From Halobacteriovoraceae bacterium (GTDB taxonomy: Bacteria > Bdellovibrionota > Bacteriovoracia > Bacteriovoracales > Bacteriovoracaceae), in NCBI GenBank assembly GCA_963719505.1, contig CAVRCF010000005.1, positions 608,001 through 672,000 on the forward strand: a stretch of DNA of 64,000 nt. Direction: 5' to 3'. The notes under the pieces were generated by a model, which worked only from the letters and a program-made list of their open reading frames with translations, was not told the origin of the DNA and did no database searches. The translations under genes were made by a program, and so were the position numbers. Below are positions 57,092 to 64,000 of the stretch, one piece after another. The first letter of the stretch is position 1; every line of letters begins with the position of its first letter.

Positions 57092-57805
57092 CTATTCTTG
57101 ATCCACTCTAACGGGCTGCACAGGCTGCTCGCTAGCACTTGAAGGCGTCCCAAAGAGATTCTTAATAACCACATCTCTCATGCTATCATCCGAGATCTCA
57201 TTCTCATTGGCACTACTGAAGGTTACTTTTACCACTTTAAAAACGTGCTGCTCTACCATGGGATTTGGCATATGCCCTTTTTCTAAAGTGTAATATCCAA
57301 CAACAAATGCTAGTTTGTTGAGATAGTCATCTTTGCTAATAGAAACTTTACTATAGTCGGCTGTGGCCTCAATATCTTTTCGATCCACTTTCATGCTAAT
57401 ACTGTCTGCACAGCCTAGAGCTTGGGTTGTCTGCTCTAGATGACAAATTCTTAATTTTGCATCTGTCTTATAAACATATTTAAAAATATTTTGTTCAACC
57501 ATGGGGTTTGGCATATGACCTTTCTCTTTGGAGATGAAACCATAACTATCAACCGTCATCCCAAGTGAGACACCAGCTTCTTTCATTTTCTGAAATCCAT
57601 CCAGTTTATGCGGATCAAGGCTTGTTATATCAAGATTAAACTTTTCGGTATCTACTGAGACTGATGGAACACAGCCTAAGCTACTTTCTTTACAGAGATT
57701 TATATTCACACGGTTGTATTTCTTTGAATTGATAATATCTTCACTATCCAAAACTTGCGCATATAAGTTGAGAGTAAATAAAGAAATTAGAATCCACTTA
57801 ATCAC
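57092..57805 (-). CDS. Secreted hypothetical protein with a duplicated EKGHMPNPMVEQ motif
   Basis: GTG 57805 signal peptide; identical 12-aa repeat at 57248-57283 and 57491-57526. Confidence 0.75.
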   Translation of the reverse strand: MIKWILISLFTLNLYAQVLDSEDIINSKKYNRVNINLCKESSLGCVPSVSVDTEKFNLDITSLDPHKLDGFQKMKEAGVSLGMTVDSYGFISKEKGHMPNPMVEQNIFKYVYKTDAKLRICHLEQTTQALGCADSISMKVDRKDIEATADYSKVSISKDDYLNKLAFVVGYYTLEKGHMPNPMVEQHVFKVVKVTFSSANENEISDDSMRDVVIKNLFGTPSSASEQPVQPVRVDQE

Positions 57806-57815
57806 ATTATGACCT

Positions 57816-58964
57816 TTAAGCTGCCTGCTTTTTCTTATCCGCAACAATATACGGGATAGCCCACTCTGCTGGTTTGAATTTTGATTTTGGAAAGGGAAGT
57901 TTATTGGAAACAAATTCTTCAAACCATGAAGGAATATATCCGCATGGCACCATCTCTCCGATAAAGCGCCCTGTTTCAGGATCTTTACCCGTTTGAATCC
58001 ATCTAAAAATATCTTTTGTTATATATCTTCCATGCTCATCGACTCCGAGAACTTCTGATATATGAGATGTTCGTCGTCCACCATCGTGATAACGAGAACA
58101 TTGAACAATAAGTTGCAGTGATGATGCGACCATTTTTCTAATAGCATCAGCTGGAATTCTTGTCTCACCCATCAGACACAATGTCTCTAAACGAGTACAA
58201 GCATCCAGTGGTGTATTGGCGTGAACTGTACCCATACTCCCCTCATGACCAGTTCCCATGGCATTGAGAAGATCTAGAGCCTCGGGTCCACGAACCTCTC
58301 CGACAATAATTCTATCGGGACGAAGCCTAAGTGCAGATTCAACAAGGTCACGAATTGTGACACCTTTAATCCCACGAACAGGATCTTCTTTTCGCGTTTC
58401 AAATTGAACAACATGCTCAGCGTGAATTTGCAGCTCTACCGCGTCTTCTATAATAATAAGTCTTTGAGTTTTTGGCATACGAGAACCTAGAACATTGAGC
58501 ATTGTCGTTTTACCAGAGCCCGTTCCACCAGAGACGAGAGTATTTTTTCCAAGGTACATACAACAATCTAAAAATCTTGCACCATCTTGAGATAGAGATC
58601 CAAAGTCGATTAGGTCTTTCAGACCAAGCTTTTCTTCGGAGAATTTTCTAATCGCTACAGTCGTACCACTTTTGGCCATAGGAGGGATAACAACTGCTAT
58701 CCTTGAACCATCGGGTAGCCTTGCATCTAATCTTGGATTATCAGCGTCGATTACTCGCCCAACAGATTGAGCAATGGCACGCATTGAAGCCATAAGGGCT
58801 TCTTCATCTGGAAATTTATTTTCGACTTTAAAGACAAGACCTTTTTGTTCAACAAAGATTTCAAAGGGACCGTTAATCATGACCTCAGATACTTCTGGAT
58901 TTTCCAATAAATTCTTTATCGGAGCAAGCAGCGTACCAATGGCATCTTGAAAAACTGAACTCAT
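57816..58964 (-). CDS. CpaF/TadA-family secretion ATPase
   Basis: EVMING, DARLPDGSR, GGTGSGKTT, LRLRPDRIIVGEVRG and TGHEGSMGTVHAN motifs. Confidence 0.92.
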   Translation of the reverse strand: MSSVFQDAIGTLLAPIKNLLENPEVSEVMINGPFEIFVEQKGLVFKVENKFPDEEALMASMRAIAQSVGRVIDADNPRLDARLPDGSRIAVVIPPMAKSGTTVAIRKFSEEKLGLKDLIDFGSLSQDGARFLDCCMYLGKNTLVSGGTGSGKTTMLNVLGSRMPKTQRLIIIEDAVELQIHAEHVVQFETRKEDPVRGIKGVTIRDLVESALRLRPDRIIVGEVRGPEALDLLNAMGTGHEGSMGTVHANTPLDACTRLETLCLMGETRIPADAIRKMVASSLQLIVQCSRYHDGGRRTSHISEVLGVDEHGRYITKDIFRWIQTGKDPETGRFIGEMVPCGYIPSWFEEFVSNKLPFPKSKFKPAEWAIPYIVADKKKQAA

Positions 58965-58989
58965 TTGTTTCCTTTTCGTTGTTCTTTAA

Positions 58990-59445
58990 TCAATCATAGT
59001 CCCTTGGGGTCCAGTAGCTTGGTTTCTCACTCGCAACTTCCCTTGTGGGCATTATACTTTCAGGCTCTTTACTTTCCGTAGGTTTTTTAAGAACCGTGAT
59101 CAAACCTTTGTAGTGACTAGAGGGACAATAAAACTTGTACTCCCCAGCTTTTTTAAACACCGATTCACCATGGGTGATCTTTCCCTTAGTCGCTTCTAAA
59201 AAGATCTTATGATCTTCAACAACTAAGCACTCCGGTTTATCAATCGTTGAAGTGACAAATAATTTAATTTTGTCTCCTTCAAAAGCCACAATCTTCTGTG
59301 GAAAATATCCGCCCTCGGTTAAGATGACAGAAAACTCTCGATAAGGGTGTTCAAAAACTTCAGCTCTATTTTGAGCATCACTCTTCTTCATTAAACTTAT
59401 CGGTAAAACCAATAAAAATAATAAGAAAAGACATAGATTTTTCAT
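58990..59445 (-). CDS. Secreted cupredoxin-like protein
   Basis: Signal peptide, YFPQKI, GDKIKL and GEYKFYCP...KGLITV motifs. Confidence 0.75.
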   Translation of the reverse strand: MKNLCLFLLFLLVLPISLMKKSDAQNRAEVFEHPYREFSVILTEGGYFPQKIVAFEGDKIKLFVTSTIDKPECLVVEDHKIFLEATKGKITHGESVFKKAGEYKFYCPSSHYKGLITVLKKPTESKEPESIMPTREVASEKPSYWTPRDYD

Positions 59446-59483
59446 GTTTTCTCCTCAAGGTACTTTCTCATACCTGAGCTTCT

Positions 59484-59510
59484 TTATCGGAAAAACAAGA
59501 AAAAACTTTA
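59484..59510 (-). promoter_or_regulatory. Sigma28 (FliA)-type promoter
   Basis: TAAA-N15-TCCGATAA on the minus strand upstream of the cupredoxin-cpaF unit. Confidence 0.65.
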
Positions 59511-59837
59511 ATCTAGAGTAAACTGATCCTCTATTTTATAAACTTCAAAAGCTATTTCCTCGTAAGGGTGTGAATTCTTTAAGGCAGCGAGAGCACCTTG
59601 CATTTGGTTTTCTAAAACTAATATTTCCACCTTAAGCTCTTGCACTGTTTCTAATTTATCCTGACTACCTATAGCAGGAGAAGAGCCATGCAAGGGTTTA
59701 AACTGACCCATTCCCAATGTTTCGAAAGAGCAATGAGAGTAGTTTCCAATACACCCCGCCCCTGTTGCAAAAATAGTTTTCTTTACTAAATTGGCCGATT
59801 CTTTTGGTACGAAAAAGATAAGTTTATATTTCTTCAT
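59508..59837 (-). CDS. Stand-alone NIF3/YqfO-associated PII-like domain protein
   Basis: YKLIFFVP, GAGCIGNYSHCSF and HPYEE motifs. Confidence 0.88.
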   Translation of the reverse strand: MKKYKLIFFVPKESANLVKKTIFATGAGCIGNYSHCSFETLGMGQFKPLHGSSPAIGSQDKLETVQELKVEILVLENQMQGALAALKNSHPYEEIAFEVYKIEDQFTLD

Positions 59838-59969
59838 GGCATATTTTCCTTTTACATATAGCTGTCAGTTCAAACAACTTCTTACAGATGTTAAATTTAT
59901 TTTACAACGAATAGTTTATTTCTTTAAATATAAGGACTGAAGAAATTTAAAATATTCACGGAGGAATAT

Positions 59970-60851
59970 ATGTTCAAAAAAATTATGCTCACGACGGCAA
60001 TCTCAAGTATCCTAGCAGTTCCTGCATTCACATGTACAATCGATGGTAAAGAAGGTCTCCTTCCAGAAAACAACGAATGGATCAGCACAGATGCAAAATC
60101 AATGGTTAATTCAAATCTAGATGAAGTAAAATTTAACGAAGTTATCGACAGTGTTCTTGCTGTTTATGACCCTATCGTTTCTTCAATGGGCGGAAAGCTT
60201 AAAGTTGAAAGAAACTGGGAAGACGGTACTGTCAATGCATACGCAAGTAGACGTGGCGGAACTTGGAATGTGGCAATGTTTGGAGGTCTAGCAAGACACC
60301 AAGCAATTACACCTGATGGTTTTGCACTTGTTGTCTGTCATGAATTAGGTCACCACATCGGTGGAGCACCTAAAAAGAAAAGCTGGATGTCTTCATGGGC
60401 TTCAAACGAAGGTCAGTCTGACTATTTCGCAACATTAAAATGTCTAAGAAAAACTTTTAGAAATGATAACAATATTGAGATCATGGCAAAAGTTCAGGTT
60501 CCAGCAGCAGTTGTTTCAACTTGTGCGACTCAGTTTAACAATGCTGACGACCAAGCTCTTTGTCAAAGAGGTGCAATGGCTGGAATGAGTACAGCAAGAC
60601 TTTTCCAAGAATTAAGAAAGCAACCTGAATCTCCAAAGTTTACAACACCTGACTCAAAGGTTGTTTCAAAAACTGACGATGCTCACCCAGGAACTCAATG
60701 TAGACTAGATACATATTTCGCTGGTGCGATTTGTGCTGAATTAGATGCTGATGATGTTCACCAAAGTAACGAAGACGAAGGTGTTTGTTATAGAGCAAAT
60801 GGTGACAAAACTGGTGTTAGACCACTATGTTGGTTTGCTGCTAAAAAGTAA
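59970..60851 (+). CDS. Secreted zinc metallopeptidase-like protein
   Basis: Signal peptide, VNAYA, CHELGH, NEGQSDYFA and HP..QCRLDT motifs. Confidence 0.8.
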   Translation: MFKKIMLTTAISSILAVPAFTCTIDGKEGLLPENNEWISTDAKSMVNSNLDEVKFNEVIDSVLAVYDPIVSSMGGKLKVERNWEDGTVNAYASRRGGTWNVAMFGGLARHQAITPDGFALVVCHELGHHIGGAPKKKSWMSSWASNEGQSDYFATLKCLRKTFRNDNNIEIMAKVQVPAAVVSTCATQFNNADDQALCQRGAMAGMSTARLFQELRKQPESPKFTTPDSKVVSKTDDAHPGTQCRLDTYFAGAICAELDADDVHQSNEDEGVCYRANGDKTGVRPLCWFAAKK

Positions 60852-60885
60852 TTAAAAGATCAATGATAAATGAGAAAGGGAGTCA

Positions 60886-62181
60886 TCAGACTCCCTTTTT
60901 TATTTTATTTATATGAGAAACAATATTGGCCCGAGCGTACTTTAAAATTTTCTCAGGGATATCAAAATAAATAGACTTTAACATCTCTTCGATATTCATT
61001 CCTTTATCGAGCATCTCTCTAATTTGCTCCTCTCTAAATTTTCTATGTTCTAAGGTTTTCTTTAAGATCTCTGTTCCACCTAAAGCGATTCCATGGCTAG
61101 GAATAACACATTTTGGATCGAGCTCAATAACCTTTTGAAGAGTATTAAAATACTTTGTCATATCCCCTTCATCACCACCGACGACAACAGTTCCAATTCC
61201 CTGAAAAAGGTCTCCGGCCAAAAACCATTTCTTTGATCGAGGCATAATTGCAAGTTGACCTTCATCATGGCCTGGAACTTCAACGACAATGACTTCCTCA
61301 TCAAGCCAAGAACATAAAACATCACCTTCTTTAAGAAAATGGACAGTAATTCCTTCAAAGTACTCAGCATTTATTTTTGTAATCCGATTAAAAGTATCCT
61401 CAGACAAATGAATATCTAAATTAAATTTTCTCGCTATTAATGGAGCATACTTGTGGTGGTCTCCGTGATGGTGGGTAATCATTATTTTTTCAATCGTATA
61501 GTCTTTAATAGTGTAAAGAAATTTATCCAACTCCTCCTCGCTCATAGGACTTGGATCAACTAGAACTTTTTTCTCATTTCCAATTAAAAAAGCATTAGTT
61601 CTATCGGCAGGAGGAACAGTAAGAGATCTTGGCATCACTTGAATAAAATTGCGAATGGGTTCAATCCAAGGCACTTCCACATCAAAATTATAACGATCTT
61701 CAAAGGAGAGCTCCCCTTCAAAGTCTAAATCTTTATCAAGATGTTCAATAAAATATCTTACCGGTGGGACCATCAGTCTCTCACCTCTATCAAAAGACTC
61801 AAGAAGCTCAGCGGGTCTCAACCACTGAAAACTTTTTGCTTCATTGGTATCAACTTTAAAACTAGGAGAAACTTTTAATTTGATTCTATAAAAATGGGTA
61901 TTGAATCTGAGTGGATTGAATTTAGGAGATAAAGCCCTTCCGATATAATCGATTCTAGAGACGTCATCACAAAGTATATCAAAATCCAGCTCTTCCAAAG
62001 CCTCTCGTCTTGCAGCTTCAATGAGAAAGTCTTTGGCCTCTCGATCGCTTAGATCAACCTTTCCCCCAGGAAATGCTGTATAACCGGGGAAAGCTCGCAG
62101 AAAATTTTGTCGAACAATCGCAAAGACTTTGTCTTCGAAGATAAATATAAGGGAAACGGCATCTCTAACGGTATTTTTCAT
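60886..62181 (-). CDS. NUDIX + metallo-beta-lactamase (LACTB2-like) fusion protein
   Basis: FPGGKVD...AARREALEE Nudix box; THHHGDH, PGHD, GD and PSHG motifs. Confidence 0.88.
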   Translation of the reverse strand: MKNTVRDAVSLIFIFEDKVFAIVRQNFLRAFPGYTAFPGGKVDLSDREAKDFLIEAARREALEELDFDILCDDVSRIDYIGRALSPKFNPLRFNTHFYRIKLKVSPSFKVDTNEAKSFQWLRPAELLESFDRGERLMVPPVRYFIEHLDKDLDFEGELSFEDRYNFDVEVPWIEPIRNFIQVMPRSLTVPPADRTNAFLIGNEKKVLVDPSPMSEEELDKFLYTIKDYTIEKIMITHHHGDHHKYAPLIARKFNLDIHLSEDTFNRITKINAEYFEGITVHFLKEGDVLCSWLDEEVIVVEVPGHDEGQLAIMPRSKKWFLAGDLFQGIGTVVVGGDEGDMTKYFNTLQKVIELDPKCVIPSHGIALGGTEILKKTLEHRKFREEQIREMLDKGMNIEEMLKSIYFDIPEKILKYARANIVSHINKIKKGV

Positions 62182-62195
62182 CTATGCACTATAAC

Positions 62196-63503
62196 CTATT
62201 TTTTACAAGAATAGTACGAGTGTAAGCTTGGATAACTTTGAGATATGAAGCCACATCTTTGACTTTGGCTTAGACCAACACTTGATTCAGCTTTTGTAAA
62301 TCCCATCAAAAAGAGCTCCTCTAAGGCATCTTCTAAGCTCATTTTCTTTAATTCAAAATATCTTGAATTAATCTGTTGTAAGTAAGTGTATATGAAATCA
62401 AGTTTATCTTTGGTGTCTAATTTACCTTCATCCAAAACTCGAAAAAACGCATTGGCCATAACGGCACCTATTGTATGAGTATCTTGGAAATTGACACTCT
62501 TTAAGCAGTCAATCGCACCAATTTTTCTACTGCTGAAAAATTCTCCAAGAGAATGAGAATTTAAAATCTTAGGCTCTCCATTAGCAAATTCATTTTCGCT
62601 GACATCACGATTTTTCTCTAAGCACGTCAAACCTTTCATGACTATTTTCTCATCTATAACAAATCGAGCAAAAAGATCTGCTAAACCTTCATTTAGTGAC
62701 TTCATAATATCGACAAATTCAACCTGTCTCACATTACTAGCGCCATCATAATGACTATCAAAGCACACCCTAGCTGAGTGACTGATTTGTTCATCTTGTA
62801 AGAAATTTGTCATAAAGTGAGAAAAAATATGATGGCCATACTCATGGGCCCCAACAAAAGGTATCTCCCACATTGGTATTCCAGAAAAGGGTGTAAGCCC
62901 ATAATCTGGGGTCCCCTGTGGCACGAAGATAATTTCTCTATCTTTTGAACTATAAAATGCGTTATTAATGAGTTGTTTCTCTTCTCTAACGAGGACACCA
63001 CTTTCAGATCTCTCATATATATTTCGAACTTTCGTAGAGACTCTCACTCTTACTTTTGAAATTGCTGTAGGAAGGAGATGCTTTATCTGATCAATTTTTG
63101 AAAAGCTGTAAAGAGCACTGGCCGCGGCACCTTGGTAAGATTTACTTTTTGTATAGTCATGACCACCACAAGGCTTAAAACTTCTGCCCAGTAAACTCAA
63201 AGGTGATCGATGCCTAAAACCGATGGCACTTTTAAAGACTTCTTTTTCTCCGCCTAAATGAATAGAGCTTATTAAGGAATTAATTGGGGAGATCTTTTGA
63301 TCTCGCAGTTTATAGTCGTTATAGATATTTGCTTTAAAAACTTTTTCTAGATCACAATCCTTAGGAGTTTTTTCCTGAAGAAGTGGTGTGGGTGTTCCAT
63401 CTGAAATGTCCACAACTTCAACTTCCATATCTTTTGTATTACGTACACTCACACCGCAAGAGCTCACTAAAAGAATTAGAGACAAAAAGATACATTTAAA
63501 CAT
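62196..63503 (-). CDS. Lipoprotein with gluzincin (M4/M36-like) metallopeptidase motifs
   Basis: VSSC lipobox, NNAFY, AHEYGH and SLNEGLAD motifs. Confidence 0.75.
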   Translation of the reverse strand: MFKCIFLSLILLVSSCGVSVRNTKDMEVEVVDISDGTPTPLLQEKTPKDCDLEKVFKANIYNDYKLRDQKISPINSLISSIHLGGEKEVFKSAIGFRHRSPLSLLGRSFKPCGGHDYTKSKSYQGAAASALYSFSKIDQIKHLLPTAISKVRVRVSTKVRNIYERSESGVLVREEKQLINNAFYSSKDREIIFVPQGTPDYGLTPFSGIPMWEIPFVGAHEYGHHIFSHFMTNFLQDEQISHSARVCFDSHYDGASNVRQVEFVDIMKSLNEGLADLFARFVIDEKIVMKGLTCLEKNRDVSENEFANGEPKILNSHSLGEFFSSRKIGAIDCLKSVNFQDTHTIGAVMANAFFRVLDEGKLDTKDKLDFIYTYLQQINSRYFELKKMSLEDALEELFLMGFTKAESSVGLSQSQRCGFISQSYPSLHSYYSCKK

Positions 63504-63565
63504 AAGAAATCTTACCAAACCCTTGATAAGACAGTGAAATTTTTGATGGTTTTGTAACAATTACA

Positions 63566-63592
63566 TAAAAAAGCCCCGACATTGTCGAGGCC
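63566..63592 (-). terminator. Intrinsic terminator after flagellin
   Basis: Minus strand GGCCTCGAC-aat-GTCGGGGC-TTTTTT. Confidence 0.7.
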
Positions 63593-63617
63593 TTCAAGCT
63601 TTTTAAATGTTTTTTTA

Positions 63618-64000
63618 TTAGCCAATTAGTCTTAATGCATTTTGACCTTGAGCATTTGCTTGAGCAAGCACTGAAGTACCAGCTTGATTAAGAATGTTGT
63701 TAGTCGCGTTTTCAGCAGATACTTTAGCGTAGTCTACGTCTCTGATTCGAGAGTTAGCTGCACTTAAGTTTTCAGTTGAAGTCTGTAGGTTGTTACTTGT
63801 AGAAATCAATCTGTTTTGTATTGCACCTAAGTTTGCTCGTTGACCAGAAACGTTTTCAATTGCTGCATCTAGTACCGCAAGAGACTCTTGAGCACCTTCT
63901 TTAGAGCTAACGTCTATTCAGTCAATTCCTAATGCTTCCATTGAAGAATTTGTTTTTTGAGCATCGAAAGAGATTCTATCTTGAAAATCATCATTGTTGA
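63618..64000 (-). CDS. fliC: Flagellin, C-terminal part (start outside the window), with an in-frame TGA at 63918-63920
   Basis: QRANLGAIQNRL, ENLSAANSRIRDVDYA and QAGTSVLAQAN conserved flagellin C-terminus. Confidence 0.9.

Noticed and set aside
63618-64000. Alternative genetic code (TGA read-through)
   Set aside because: Other genes end normally at TGA and no other conserved gene has an internal TGA

Overview
AT-rich bacterial chromosomal window, most likely from a predatory Bdellovibrionota (Bacteriovorax/Halobacteriovorax-like) genome. That assignment is an inference from a Bd0055-type bacterial histone, sigma28/sigma54 promoter motifs and many secreted or lipoprotein orphans. Housekeeping genes: hemH (partial), queF, tatA, fbaA, msrB, rapA, rsmI, sulP, the ffh-rpsP-khpA-rimM-trmD-SPOUT-rplS-rnhB-yraN cluster, dusB, a DAHP synthase, eno, a cpaF/tadA ATPase and the 3' end of a flagellin. 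Most notable: (1) the apparently empty 28.1-30.0 kb stretch decodes by hand into a heavily frameshifted SelO/YdiU-like AMPylase gene plus a small Gly-tailed gene, divergent from a GT2 glycosyltransferase; (2) a candidate ~80-nt Csr/Rsm-type GGA-loop RNA with its own -10 box and terminator at 2609-2688; (3) a luciferase-less operon of GNAT, LuxE and LuxC fused to an adenylation domain; (4) a second structured intergenic RNA candidate at 6372-6465; (5) a histone with a Lys-rich N-terminal extension; (6) a 1878-aa Cys-rich lipoprotein. Several frame disruptions (eno, flagellin, 51.4-52.0 kb, 28.1-30.0 kb) suggest uncorrected assembly errors, so pseudogene calls are provisional. No rRNA, tRNA, CRISPR array or IS element was recognised. 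All calls come from manual motif reading; no searches were run.
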